DNA of 60,075 nt, counting the filler, from Sphacelaria rigidula (lineage: Eukaryota): NCBI GenBank assembly GCA_964200075.2. It is 10 parts of 10 records of this genome, joined end to end, with 100 filler letters (N's around TTAATTAATTAA, not from the genome) between each part and the next. Parts side by side here need not be neighbours in the genome. Positions count along the whole stretch, not along the records: positions 1 to 5,919 come from CAXNAA020023498.1; positions 6,020 to 11,937 come from CAXNAA020023499.1; positions 12,038 to 17,955 come from CAXNAA020023500.1; 7 more parts are not named here. The stretch is one strand, 5' to 3'. The notes under the pieces were generated by a model. The model made no database searches. It saw nothing but the letters and a program-made list of their open reading frames with translations, and was not told the DNA's origin. Positions 1 to 12,741 of this stretch are shown here, one piece after another; positions within the stretch are counted from its first letter, which is position 1; the number at the start of each line of letters is the position of its first letter. The position numbers were made by a program, and so were the translations under genes.

Positions 1-1309
1 CCGATCGATGACCCAGATAAGGTACAATTGGAAAAGAATTCCTAGATCAGGTATACCTCGGCGGAATGTGGCTTACACAAGGTAAGCGATTTTTGGAGGC
101 GGAATGCCCGTTTTCACGTGGCCATATCTCTCGAGTAACATGTTTTTCGTCCGTTCTGTTTTCAAGTCCCGGGTGCCAATGCCCCCCCCCGAATGATGTG
201 CGTGAAAATTCCGGAGCGAACACGGTCAAAATGGCGTGTTTCGCTGTTTTCGCGTATCTGACGATTTTTCGTACCTCTCTTAGGCAAAAAAACGAAAAGG
301 TAAACCTTGTTTAGGCCATTGCCCCAAACAAAACGACCGCACCCCGAAATGAGTTTCCAACACTGCCACGAAGAAAGTGGCCATGCAAGGCGTGAAAGCT
401 GGTTCAGACTGGATGAAGCGCTTTTCATGGGTGCTAGTGGCGAAACCACGCCAAGCGTGGGAGTTCTTACCACCTCGATGGGTGTGTGTGCAGCTCTCAT
501 TTTGCCCGTTTCATCCAACTAATTGTATATCCCCCCGGAGGCCGCCGGGGGAGTTTAGTATCATCACGTCTGACTGTTGATGTAATAAGTGGAAGAACTG
601 CTCGACGAGTGGCTTCTTCATACTGTGTATTCTGTTGCCACGAGCAACTAAGTGCGTCATGATGCTGTACTCTGGTGAGAGTGTATCTCAGCAGACTGCT
701 GAATGCTACTTTGCAAAGATCGCTGACGTCTGTCGCCATGTTGGATCGCTTCGCTGAGCCCGGTCGTCGCCGGCGGCGATAGTATCAAGTCTCTCTCGGA
801 TGCTAAACAAGAGGAGCTTGAAACCTCGATGACTAGTCCAAAGAAGCTTGTTTGCAGCATGATTGCTTTCGATCAGCTACGCGCTAAAATATACCCCCCA
901 CTTCACGAGCTGTGGACGTTACAAGAGGTGCGGTAGCTCACGCTCGTGCCGGCGCAGCAGACGAGTACCTCGCTGCTACATTTTCCCTGCTCTTCACTTC
1001 GAAAATACGCATGAAGGCAAACGACCAGCACCGTACTTTGCGTCAGGGGCGCTTGCGCGACGGGAACATCGCCCTATTACGTGTTCTGTAGGGCTTAGAG
1101 GCACTTTCTGTTCGAAAAATGTCGCACCCTGACGGTGATGTTTTTTCAACTGTTCATCGTCATTCTTGAGGTGCTGTATAAAACTTCTGGGCTAGGGTTA
1201 CATGGCCGAAACTGCTTGCGTATCCCGAGCCAATTGGACGAAATCAATAGAATTTTGATGACGACTTGAACCGCCCCCAAATGATGAACCTCAAATTCGA
1301 TTCCAGGCT

Positions 1310-1840
1310 GTTACAGGGTTCTTCACAGTCTTTGTGATAACTCCTGTGCAGCATTTGCAGACCCTAGTACCACTACCAGCATTTCGTATAGCGTTTTTAT
1401 CGACAAATTGTAAGCAACCCCGTGAAGTCACTCCCAATTTGAAACTTCCAAGTTATTTTGTTGCAGGATCTCCAGAGTTGCTTTTTCAGGGGAAGCTGTC
1501 CGAAATAAATCCTCTTCTTGCCCAATTTCCAACATTGGGCAAAACAGGATTTATTTCGAACAGCTTCTGCTGTACAAATCCCATACACTCGCAGATTTGG
1601 AATTTGTACAGAAGCAACTGCTCGAATGAATCCTCACTTTGTCCACCGGTTCATCGAGGAACTGGGTAGAAAGATAACTTACTGCAAACAGCCTTAGCTG
1701 TGCAAGTCTCACATACTGTATAGTAATCAGCGTATGAGATTCGAGGGGCACAAGAAATTGTTGAAACCTCATCATTCCGCCCCCCGATTCACACGTCACT
1801 TGCAATGAGGGAATTTCCAATTGCATATGCTACTTACAAA
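1310..1840 (+). repeat. ~530-bp repeat, inverted partner of 4140-4690
   Basis: For example, ACCCTAGTACCACTACCAGCATTT (~1360) and CCCCCCGATTCACACGTCACTTG (~1780) match the reverse complement of ~4612-4634 and ~4176-4200. The copies are diverged. Confidence 0.8.
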
Positions 1841-2148
1841 TCTCAGACACTGACTGCGAGTTTATATGTATAGGTTGCCCACATGAATTGCGACCATTGC
1901 CCACGGGGCAGCGGGGGGCAGATGTGCTTACCCAATGCTGGCCACAAAAAATTCCGGGAGAGAAACGTTTCAACAGAACATGGTGTTGGAGTACTCCATC
2001 CCAAAACGGGCTGTTATTTTTGTGCTGTGGTTGTTTTGCGTTGTGAAGTGCTTGCTGGTCAGGACTGCATATATATATATATATATATAGCGATCCCCCT
2101 CACTCGGCTGTATAACGGTATATAACACCCCCATATATCTAAATCTAA

Positions 2149-2401
2149 GTCTAATGCCGGGATAGCCACCTCACAAAAAGTGCACGAGAGACCTTCCGAC
2201 AAACCGGCTGTGATCCCACTTTTGGGCTCGTTTCCAGCCATTTCGCCTACATGAGAGGTGTGTAGCAGTCCGAAATTAACTATAACGCCCAAATGACTCG
2301 CGTCGTGCTGCACGAAACCAGCTCTAACGGCATTATTTTTATTATCATCGCCTCCGTGCACTTTTTTGGCCGGTTGGGGGGGGGCTATCTCGACAGCAGT
2401 C
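2149..2401. mobile_element. MITE with ~20-bp TIRs and 4-bp TSD (Sola-like); second copy at 52872-53123
   Basis: Termini GTCTAATGCCGGGATAGCC...GGCTATCTCGACAGCAGTC, flanked by CTAA/CTGA. Colinear homology with the contig 9 copy. Confidence 0.75.
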
Positions 2402-3299
2402 CTGAACTGACAGGCATCCACATTGTGTAGCCATACGTATAGCGCATGCCGCCGCGCTAAGTCTGTTGTGTATAGGCCACCACACGTATATCTGCATGGT
2501 ATGGTGGTGTCCTAGACGGTATTGCAGGGTCCAGCACAGCAACATACCGTGCGTGTTGTTGTGGCGATATCCCTGTTATATCTTGTTCTTGCTATTGCTG
2601 TTTTTGTAAGCACGGGGCTACGGGAAGGTGCCCGCTCCGGTTCCAGTTAAACATCCGAGGATACCATCGAACAGCAATAGCAAACGTTTCGGGAATCGGC
2701 ATCACGCAGTTCTTGAAGAACGGAACAGTAATCGATAAGTTACCGTTCGTATTAGAAAACAATGCGCATGGAACGCTTTGCAGTTTGAAAAGCACCGATT
2801 TTGATGGCAAGAAACTTCTCCGGGCCCCCATTTCTGTTGTATCAGCCTGTCAAAAGTATTTCCTCGTTCATCAATGCCTGGATGGGGGACAGGGAAGCCG
2901 TCCTCCCTCAGGTTTTGAGAGCCGTTTAAATTTTGCGGATGCAGTTGATAAAAATCAAACTCTCTAGCTTTCACAGATGTTGCGACTTCGGTGCAGTTTG
3001 TTACCGTGGCCACCTCTCAGACGGGAGTACGCGCTAGAGTAACGAAAGGTAGCTATGATCCGGTTTGCCTGCCATACTGCCGACAGCGTCGCGTGAAAGC
3101 CATAAGACCCGTGCTCTCGACGGTTGATGGCGTGAGTCTCGAATGTAACGACAGGCGGTTGATCGTAGAGCACTCTCGTCTCTTCTCCCAACTTGCGATA
3201 ATCCATGAGCTCCTGACATCGGAATGATTATTACTTGTGGGAAGCTACTCGTCCTGTACCGAGCTGTCCACGCGACCAGCGTGTGCTGCCGATTGCCTA

Positions 3300-3880
3300 T
3301 GCGCCACGCTAGCAACACTTAGCTCACCACCATAGGTTTCTTTTTCCACTCGCATGTCAAAAAGGTCTCTTCAAGTGTTCGATCTCTCATACACCCCCTC
3401 AACTGGCGTGTGGCAGGCCCTTCTGCTCGGCCACCCCGTTGAGGGAGGTCGACGAAAATCAACGATGAATAACACCCCATAAGTTCAAATTGGATATATC
3501 TGTTATTGCCGCAGCACCGCCCTTCCTGGTATGTGTGTAACAGAGAACAGTAGTAGCGATGACGGGAATATTGCCCTATTTTTCAACGACATGTTTTTCA
3601 GCGCATTGAGGCGCGTCCGGTCAAAAGGGAGAGACAGAGAGGAATCGATCTTCGCATTCGTGAGCTCGACAGGCAAGAAGAGACGACCGAATCTCTTCGC
3701 ACGTCGATGTTCTGGCGCATGAAAAATTTGGCACATGCTGGTATAACAACAACGATGATGTCAGTTTCTCAAGCGATTGGTAATCGCCGAGCGAGGACAC
3801 ACAAAGGACACAGGCGAGGAGTTTCCTCTCTGTCGTTGCTTGTCTCTTTGGTGATATCGTCATCGACACGCGTGTACACC
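3300..3880 (-). repeat. Dispersed repeat (probable decayed TE), homologous to 33245-33825 in opposite orientation
   Basis: Both ORF-track translations share CTRVSMTISP...RKLLA.VLCV.SLGD and MCVTENSSS.DGNIALFF. Family not recognised. Confidence 0.75.
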
Positions 3881-4139
3881 NNNNNNNNNCGTTAGGTGCA
3901 CCTAGCCACAGCTGCTCAACTGCTGCGGACATTCGGGGGGGGAAGACGGCTTCTCTCGGTCGCAAGTGTTTCGCGTCTTCCCCGCAAAAGCGAAATGCCA
4001 CTTCAACCCCATATTTTGTATAAACCACTTCTTTTAGGATCCACTGTTGATGTCTAGGTAGGTTCATGCTGTAGTCTCACCATTACCACAGCTAAGCTCA
4101 GCCGTATGGGGACGAACACTGGCAGTCAGTGCATGGGGT

Positions 4140-4690
4140 TTGCAAGCAGCACATGGTAAAAATTCCCTTATTGCCCCAAGTGACGTCTGAATCGGGGGGT
4201 GAAATGATGAGTTTTCAACAAATAACTATTATTGTGCCTCTCGAACCTCATACGCCGGTTACGGTACAGTATGTGGGACTTGCACAGCTGAGGCTCTTTG
4301 CAATTTGTTCTGTTTTTGCCAAGTTACTCGATGAATTGACGGGCAAAGTGAGGATTTATTACTTAGAGCAGGATCTGCTGTACAAATTCCAAAGCTGCGA
4401 GTGTATGGAATTTGTACGGCAGAAGCTGTCGGAAATAAATCCTATTTTTGTCCATCAGTGGAAATTGGGCAAGAGGATTTTTTTCGGACAGCTTCTGCTG
4501 TACAAATAATTCTACAGATCTTGTACTGTAACAAAATAATTTGGGATTTTTAAATCGGGAGTGCCTCCACAGGGTTGCTCCCAGTGAATGTGTCGAGAAA
4601 ACGCTGTACAAAATGCTGGTAGAGGTACTAGGGTTTGAAAATACTGTACAGGGTTGTTGAACCCTGTGGAGGTGTCCTGCAGGGTGTTAT
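4140..4690 (-). repeat. ~550-bp repeat, inverted partner of 1310-1840
   Basis: See partner. The ORF translations 1551-1826(-) and 4129-4509(+) share QVT.ESGG.MM.FQQ...QYV.LAQLRLFA. Confidence 0.8.
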
Positions 4691-4709
4691 TTGTCTACGT
4701 GTGTAGATC

Positions 4710-4873
4710 GTGTCTCATCAAATTGTTTTCGTCTCGAAAACGTATGGTGGAATCGAGCTCACTCGTACGTGATACGTCCACGTCATTCATATTTTCAACA
4801 ATCTGAGAAAATAATTTGCGTGGACAATTCAGAAACGAACGTTCTCGACACGAAAACAATTTGATAAGACACG
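4710..4873. mobile_element. Small MITE with ~35-bp TIRs
   Basis: CGTGTCTCATCAAATTGTTTTCGTCTCGAAAACGT versus the reverse complement of ACGTTCTCGACACGAAAACAATTTGATAAGACACG (3 mismatches). Confidence 0.7.
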
Positions 4874-5919
4874 GCCTCGAAGTGTACAACAAACCATGGG
4901 TGACAACTCCATCTCTCGTGCTCGCTCGATTTTTTTCATGTATAATTAAACCCCCCAACTTCACTTTGGGTACCCCTATTAATGAGAGGTGAGCCAAGCA
5001 ACTCCCCCCCCCCCCCCCCTCCTCCCCCCGGGTCTAAAACATGTACAACTCAATATTATTTTATCCACAACGGTTTGTTGTCTCCGTAAGACGTGGTTTT
5101 AGCCTGTACAAATGAGCTAGAACAGAATAATGGTTCGGTCAAAACCTTCACTTGGCTTTCTCACACGGGAAATGTCGATCAAACCCTACGTAAACTATAT
5201 CGATCCCTCATGATTCGATGGCGTGGAATGACTTCCAAGGTCAGAGTTATGACCAAGACCTACAGTGGAACGTCCAAAGTTGACCGTTTTATATACTAGT
5301 GGCTATTCTGTGGAGTAAAAGCAGAGATTCGTTTTCAAACAACCAGCTCGGAGTCGACTTCTCTATTGAGTTTCAAGAAAGAAGTCGTAGCTCTCTATTC
5401 AGGCAGATTTCACCAGGTTTTCGCCCGTATGACAGTGACGTCGCCTCGTGCCGCAGCAAGCACCGGCTGGGGCATGTCGATCATCATCACATAGATGGAT
5501 GGACAGTCAAACGGGACAAGGCGAATTCTTCTCCTGTTGGCAAGGTGATGGAAACAACCAGCCAGATATCTAATCCGAAGGTTTCGAGTTTACGCGATGT
5601 GTTGTGCCCTGTCGACTTGTTGAGGAGTAATCTCAAGATGGTGGAATATGACATACTTCACGTCAACGGAATATACAGGTGACTGGAAATGGTGCAGGAC
5701 TTGCACATGCTTCAACACGAGGACTCCCACACGTACTGATTCAAGAACACAGCACCTCGCCTAATAGCGTCAAAACGATTCTGCAGCCTGCTTCCCTCTA
5801 TCCAAACAACGGCGGTTTACACACAACTGTCGGTTCATCACTACACCCCTAGAGGGAAATGTACCAATTAAGATACGCTTAAGGCACCTGGCGGGGAAAA
5901 CTCTATATCTTGGGACCCA

Positions 5920-6019
5920 NNNNNNNNNNNNNNNNNNNNNNNNNNNNNNNNNNNNNNNNNNNNTTAATTAATTAANNNNNNNNNNNNNNNNNNNNNNNNN
6001 NNNNNNNNNNNNNNNNNNN
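5920..6019. other. Artificial contig linker N44-TTAATTAATTAA-N44; first of nine (others at 11938, 17956, 23974, 29992, 36009, 42026, 48043, 54060)
   Basis: The same 100-bp spacer with a six-frame stop cassette recurs every 6017-6018 bp. The contigs measure 5919, 5918 (x4), 5917 (x4) and 5916 bp, i.e. size-sorted concatenation. Confidence 0.97.
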
Positions 6020-7404
6020 ATCGCCACTTCCAGAGACAGCCAGGGTTTTCACACTGCCTCATGGGTGTCTAACCAGGGGGGGGAGGGTCGGATCGCAGCG
6101 ACAAATCAGCGGCAGTTCTTTCGAAAAAAGATTTTTTCGAAAAGGAGACAATCCTCTTCTATACGAACATGTTTTATGCTTTTCGTTTTGGTGTTTTACG
6201 CTCCCCTTCTTGGCGAGCATACGCCTCAATGAGGCGTTTCTCCTCGTTGGTCATGTTGCTTTGGGATTAACATCTTCCCACTTGTGCCCGTTAATATGTG
6301 ACATTAATGTCTTTATTTCCTTCAAGTTTATCCCCCCCCGGATGTCTCTGCATTTGTGTGGTGTTCGTTTCAAACAGCCTACTTCAAGTTGAACGCGACA
6401 ATTTATGGGAAGTGCTCGCACGCATAATTCAATACAGACGTCCCTGGGGCGCCTTCATGCCCGCATTTGTACGTGTTGAGCAGCTCAAGATTAAAGTAAA
6501 CATGGTTCTACAGCATATAGTCCTTTATTCCTTTTATACTTCTCACCCTGCTGGAAATGCTCCAAGCAGTTCAGGTGATGATTCTCGTTTCGAGTCTGCT
6601 TTTGGTTATGCTCGTTTGTTTTCTTGTCCAAATATGTTCTTTCTGCGAACAGAAGAAGTAAGACTATCGTGACTATTGGGTTACTTCCCGGACAGATTCC
6701 TCGTGGTCTGGCAGGCCTTGATTAGGCCAGTTTTGATGAGAGATGAAGCCCGATGACTGATGATCAATCCTTTTGGAGTAGGAGAAAAGTCTTCACGAAG
6801 ACATCCTCTTCAGACCTACTAGCAGACAATGCAAAAGCGCCCCATATCAAAACAGCATCAGGCAGGTGGGAGATCAGTACAACTGCCGATACTTTGATTC
6901 AACTCGTTGTTTGTTTCGGGCAGGTCTGCGTCCACACAGATGAAGTGGGTGAAGCAACGAACGGTGATTTGACCAAGCTAGGTGCAACACACGGCCCAGC
7001 TCACGTTGCACATGTAATGGTTCCTCGCTGTACGGTGGCAATTGCCAGCGCCTGTGGAACGCCCAAGCACAAGCGCACTTGATATTACGACAGCCGTTTC
7101 TCAGCTACAGAGGAGGAGCTATAGTCACTGGGAAACGGTTCAGCAGGGGATTCGTAGCACCAAGACGCCCGGAATTTGAAACAGAAACGGGCATATTTGC
7201 TCACTGTTTGATTTGTTTTGTCTATGTGACGACTATTCAAGGTGTCGGTTCTCATTCAGATCTCACTGGATCCAACTCCAGAAACGTACACCGGGTGCAG
7301 TCAACCAAGAGCTACAGATCGGTGTGCGTGATGTTGCATCGCAAGCAGTAGATACTCGCACGGCGTAGGTCTAGTACTGTACTGTGTGCATCCGATGTTC
7401 GCTT

Positions 7405-7646
7405 GAGGAACTTCGCAGGCTTAGTGGTGTAATGCGTGGGAGGACCGCGTGCCTTTTGGACCGCATCGGACTAGAAACACCTCGATGATTAGGGTTAGCG
7501 TTAGCGTTAGGGTCAGGGGCGGTCCCTGCAGGAACTGGCCCGAGCAGGCTTGAAAAACGTCGATCCTGGGGTGTTCAGATTCCGTTGTGGCCCAAAAGCC
7601 ACGCGGTCCTCCCGCCCACTACACCACTAAGCCTGGGAAGTTCCTC
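7405..7646. mobile_element. MITE with ~75-bp TIRs and an internal telomere-like tract
   Basis: GAGGAACTTCGCAGGCTTAGTGGTGTA... versus ...TACACCACTAAGCCTGGGAAGTTCCTC. TTAGGG/TTAGCG hexamers at 7489-7518. Confidence 0.8.
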
Positions 7647-9180
7647 TAACGAACCTTTTGAGAGGCTTTAATGTACGAAAAAAATGGCTAGCGAGAAAAT
7701 GAGGCCTTCAGGCGGGTTCTGATGAAAAGCTATAATCCCTTTTTTATCGCGTTTCCAACGGTCGCGCGTTACAGCTACGTGGCCAAAAATGTTTTTTTTC
7801 TTTTCGGCATGTGATTATTTGCCCCGTAATTTTAAGCTGAAGAAGCTGAGAGTTTCCCTGTCAAGCCTTCCGGTTGCGCGCCAAGAGTTATGATCGTTTT
7901 GATGAAGCCACTCAAGGTCAGAAATGACGTGGACCTATCCATCACAGCGCTTTTTGTGTGTCGCCGCATCTTCTCCCAGTCCACGTGTGTCGACAAGAGA
8001 GCCCTGAACTTCATGTATCTAGCCGCACTACTTGGTTGCGACAAAACCGCCCGTGGCACCGCGCATGGTCCCGGTTCATCGGTCTGATTATTTCTTTCAA
8101 TCTGAAAAAGTGGGTTTTGGTAATGCGACATACGATAAATTTCCAGCGAAGAGCGAGGAAATGTTGAAGAATCAACAACGACTTTTCGGATCCCCCGGTC
8201 AATGATCCATACTGTCTCTAGGTATTCTTTCGCTGCTCACCTCTCACGCAATCATCACCGAAATATAACATATGGTTCGACCATTTTGGGTCCCACCCTC
8301 ACAGGCGACCAAAAACACGTTTTGCTGGTTTGTTTTTTGCGTAGATGACGACAAATATCACAAAAATCAACCACACACGCTCAAGGTCTCTGAAGCGTCT
8401 ATTGAAGTCCATGCATACAGTACGTACCCTGCCATCTCAAATTGAACAATCCCATTCGAACTGCGATAGTACTTGCTTGGTTGAAACAAAAATCAAAAAC
8501 ACACAAAAGAAACAGTCGGAACTACACTGAGTTCACATGGCGAGTATGGCACGGTGCAGAAAGCTCCAAAAGAAGAGCATTCCGAAAAAGAACCAAACCA
8601 AAACTCTACAAAATAAAAAATATAATGCCAAAGAGTTTTTGACCCCTGCCCTGTCCTCTGCTTAGTTCCTCCGGCAGTTGCGTTGTCGTTGCCCAGGCCC
8701 CCGTCGCCCATCTCTGTTTCTTTCGTGTGATGCAGCGCTGCGGCACTATAGTACAGTGGTGGTAGAGCACAGCGTAGCACCGCACGGTAAAGTAGAGTAC
8801 AGTCCTATCTAATATGTTCATCTGTATCTCACGCTGTCATGGATATGAAAGCCTCTCAGCTCAAAGTCAGGGCAGCAGCGACGTGTCTTGGGTGTTGACC
8901 GCGAAGCACCGGCTTACTGTGCAGTGCAGTATATATGCGAGGATAAGTGCCAACGGAATCAATCTATGTTCACATCCGTTCGTGTGCAGTAATTGCTGGA
9001 GGCTTGTGCCCCAGATCGCGCTGCTGCCAGCCGTACGTAGCTGGAGGGGGTGAGTAAGAGTGCCAATCTTTGACGTTGCTGAGTATTGCAGTCGTCCCTT
9101 ATTCTAAGTGATTCACCTGACATTCCAGCTGCTTGGTGTCAGTTGGTATATTGGAAGGTTTGGCTTTGATTCGCCCCCCC

Positions 9181-9311
9181 CCCGGGGGGGTGGGGGGGTG
9201 TACTTATTTGTTGCTTGCCTTGGTCGTTTGACCATTGACCACGCATACCTTTCGAGACGGAGCACCCTTCCTACAGTACTCCTAACATAGACACCTCCAA
9301 CCTTTGGGTAC
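9181..9311 (-). mobile_element. 5'-truncated LINE 3' end (same family as 28640-29910)
   Basis: Reverse complement reads GCTCCGTCTCGAAAGGTATGCGTGGTCAATGGTCAAACGACCAAGGCAAGCAACAAATAAGTAC followed by a C-run. Confidence 0.75.
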
Positions 9312-10189
9312 ACATCCGTTTCCCTCAGGGGGGCGATGGTGTGCGGTGAGTTCTTCAAAGCGTCCCCCCTAATCTAAACCCAAGTGTTGAGCGCTCGCAC
9401 AAGAAATTCAAGTGTTTTCTACACAAAAATCAAATACCTCTCGAGCTTGAAGGACCCAGGTGGTCCAAACACTACATCAACCGGTCGTTCGTCTCTCTCT
9501 GAGCTTGATTGATTGTCGCTAATGACGATACGCGAGGAACTAAGCCATGGCCACAAAATAGACGTACCCCAAAATGAGCAAAATGAGAACGCTCGCTTGA
9601 GAAAACACAGTAAAAAAAATCAGTGTTCGATCGCTTGACGCTGGATGGCTCCACCCTCTGCTGATGTCATTGGTGCAGCACCACCGGATTGTGAGAGGCG
9701 CCGTCAATTCTTCATTTGCGCAGACTACGTATACGTACTAGGGCCTCAAAGAGTCAAGACACGGCCGTACGCCGTGTCTTGACGGTCGAAAAAAACGACT
9801 TCCATGGTAATCGGTTGCCGTGATACCACTCTGAGTCCCCGCAACAAAAGCGGCAAGGTTTCTTCGCTGGGCCATTTTTTTGCAGAAATTAGAGCTGAAT
9901 TGAAAGACGAGGAGCTTGGGGTCATTCCAACAAAATTGTGCTCCTACATGCTGTGTGTGCGTTATGTGTCAAGTCACAAGTGTTGTGGTGCCTGTTGATA
10001 TTTTCTGAACTATTTGGAAGTGTGTTCCGTGCGCGTGTGGGCAAAGCTAGTTTGGAGATCGCACTCTTTGGTTTTTAAGAGAACCATCACGTACTCGGGA
10101 TTGGGGTGAAGTGACGGCAAGCCTATTTGCGTAGGATCTTGTTCGGAAAATCAGTATCTGAGAAACCGTACGTCGCAGGTAGACAACGC

Positions 10190-10514
10190 GGATTTTTTCC
10201 TGTTTCATACCAAGCACGAGGAAGATATGATCTTTACTATACTAAAATGTCCCAAACCAGTAAAATAGCAACCTGACCCACTATTTTTCGTTCACTATAT
10301 CGTAGCGAGGTTCGGCGCAAAATTTCAAAACACAAGTACCAAACCTGGGCCGGTGAGTGGCCTGGAAAATACTGTTCCGAATTTCAAGGCCCCGCCTCAC
10401 CTCAAGTTTTAGAGTTGAACGTTACAATTTTGTACGGAGAATCCAGCTCTAAAAACTGAGGTGAGGCGGTGACTGCAAACTACAAAAAAGCCGCTTCTAC
10501 GCTGGCCGAGCTCG
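10190..10514 (-). mobile_element. Partial Tc1/mariner-like non-autonomous element (family of 12742-13565)
   Basis: Ends GCTGGCCGAGCTCG|TA. 10320-10386 matches the reverse complement of 13075-13140. Internal hairpin at 10392-10469. Confidence 0.65.
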
Positions 10515-11019
10515 TACGAGTATTGGATGAGTGTTCGGTGTTAGGTTCGGATGGACGGGTGGGGATGAGCTTTTGGTGACTTTGAGTTTTTGTGGCCACG
10601 AGCAGAACAATATATTGGCATAGGGTGTGCACTTTTGACAACAGTTTCGTGAAATTGAAAGTATAGCGTTGATTGAGAGCGATGTTTATTATTCGCTCTA
10701 CCTTGACCAACTCTCGTCAGCGGTTTTGTGCGTGTTTTCTTCGCCTGTTAGCACTGTCGTGTCCTGATAGCTACGCGTCGACATCCTATTCAGGGATACC
10801 GAGGACTTCAGTGGCAAGCTACTTTAGAAGCGTGTCGGGCTCCGTACAAACTCCGAGAGACATTTCCGAACTGAAACTATGTCATTCATTTGTTGACCGT
10901 TTCTCACTCTCACTCAATCGTATCCTAGACTTCATCCACGGCCCATTGATTTGATATGGAAACTGTATGGGGTATATGCAATAGCCCGCTCGCGAGGGCG
11001 TCCCACTCGGTCAGGCGGG

Positions 11020-11312
11020 CTCTTATCGAAGGGAATCATCCCCTGTTGATAAAACAGCCATTGATTGGTCGCTGCGATACCATCCCCCCCCTCCCGAAAG
11101 TAAAACTACCTGAAACCTCGCTTTCGAGGAGGACTTTGTGTATACCCTGAACGGGGACATGCGTGTCCCATTGACCAGGGCACGTGAAAAGGCTTGCAAC
11201 ACAACTCAACAGAGGTGAACCTGACAACTTCGTGCCCCACGAACCAAAAACACAGCTCGAGCCGTGCCTGCTAAAAACTGAAGCACGTTGTTCGTGACCT
11301 TGCTCAAATCTG
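11020..11312 (-). mobile_element. One arm of a long-TIR foldback element (family of 14194-14655 and 54915-55041)
   Basis: Terminus ...GACCTTGCTCAAATCTG and internal CAGAGGTGAACCT and ACACAGCTCGAGCC are shared among the three copies. Confidence 0.7.
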
Positions 11313-11314
11313 CC

Positions 11315-11570
11315 CCGGGAACCGTAGGTATAAGTTAATCGTACCGAGTGTACCCCCAGTATTTACCGGGGTATCTCATACCATGGTATGGGTGGGTATC
11401 GTGAGTATGAGTTTTAAAGATAACAGATTGAGGGGGTATGCTAGGTATTGAAATATCGAAATACTGCGGTATCATAGGTATCGTAGGTATGAGTTTTGTA
11501 AATACCCGATCGAGCGGGTACGGCAGGTACTGGTATTTCGAAATACCGTGGTATCGTAGGAATCGTAGGC
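11315..11570 (-). mobile_element. End of hAT-like non-autonomous element with TACCG/CGATACC subterminal repeats
   Basis: Reverse complement of the 41200-41438 and 39950-40160 sequence; terminus GGAACCGTAGGTA. Confidence 0.7.
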
Positions 11571-11937
11571 ATGTTGTGTTGTGTGTTGTCGTTTCATCTA
11601 TTCTGGACGCCGGTCTACACGTTTCGGTATGTGTGGGCGCACCCGCCTGGGTCACACAGGAGGAAGGTCAACACAGTAGTGTTTTCTTTTCTGTTTGTTC
11701 TAGTACCCCACCTTCCTTCCGCGGTGCTTGCCTTGTATTTTTTTTATCGCGAGAGGGGCTCGACACTCCCTTTCCCTCGTCGACCGTTGAGCCGAATCTT
11801 GTGTACCCACGACATAGTCGCTCTCCACTGTTGGGCATGGTGTGAGAAAAAATCCCAGATCGCTCTGAGGTTTGAACCCACGACCCAACCGTCAGAAGGT
11901 TTCGAAGTTACCAACTGAGCCACCGGGGCGACCGGCT
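11570..11937 (-). mobile_element. tRNA-derived SINE
   Basis: Minus strand starts AGCCGGTCGCCCCGG, with Pol III A-box TGGCTCAGTTGG (11922-11911) and B-box GGTTCAAACC (11878-11869), a ~300-bp body and an ACA-rich tail. A truncated sister copy lies at 58330-58463. Confidence 0.85.
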
Positions 11938-12741
11938 NNNNNNNNNNNNNNNNNNNNNNNNNNNNNNNNNNNNNNNNNNNNTTAATTAATTAANNNNNNN
12001 NNNNNNNNNNNNNNNNNNNNNNNNNNNNNNNNNNNNNTGGAAATCTTAGTTTGCCAGTAGTACAACGGCTGTACTAATGATGATGTGGGCAACGTGCAGT
12101 ACAGACAGAACTAAGCAGTACAATACTGCCTGTTGTGCCTGCAGCATACGGCAGTATACATGCACACATGTCAGGTTGGAGACGGTAATATACAACGGCT
12201 GCACTAGAATTGATGTGGAGAAGTGCAGTCAGACAGTACTAGACAGTAGTACAATACTTTTGTCTGTACGGCCGCGTACGTAATATGGCAGTATAGGTTG
12301 AACATGGCAGGTTGCACACAGTGCGAGCTGGGCCAGCAGCGATCGGGGGAGGTCTACGTTTCAGGTATTTTTGCATAAATACAGGGAGCTTGGCATGGCA
12401 AGTCTTCAGGTCTTTGTACCTCGCCTTGGCCTGCACATCCCTCCGGTTTCCGCTGACCGTTCTTTTGGTATCCTCTCACCCTTTTGGTACCCACCCCTCT
12501 CAAAATATATCTTCAACCAACCGTAAGCTAGGGTCAACATCTCTCATAGTTTTTTCCTAGCGGTATTTTTTCCTCATAATATATTGCGAAAAACGAGGGA
12601 AAACAACCAACCGGAAGAAACGGCCTGATAGGCCATGATTACAACCATCTTCAAAATTAACGACGACGATCGAAATTGGGACCTGTGAGATTGGATTTTT
12701 TGTTTTCCACCGAACAATTTCGATCAAAAACTTATGTGCTA

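Noticed and set aside
530..558. GC hairpin followed by TTAG (and 16941-16971 followed by CTAG) as Helitron 3' ends
   Set aside because: Spacing to the terminal tetranucleotide is atypical, and G/C runs pair by chance in this genome.
5964..5975. TTAATTAATTAA recurring every ~6 kb as a biological periodic motif
   Set aside because: It is always centred in 88 Ns; it is a six-frame-stop assembly linker.
6200..7330. Possible Mutator/SWIM relic (minus strand KCACAWAFHRRWQLP)
   Set aside because: The C-x-H half of the motif is missing and no transposase motif could be read.
11860..11937. tRNA gene
   Set aside because: A and B boxes are present but there is no closed acceptor stem, and it continues into a repeated body and tail, so it is a SINE head.
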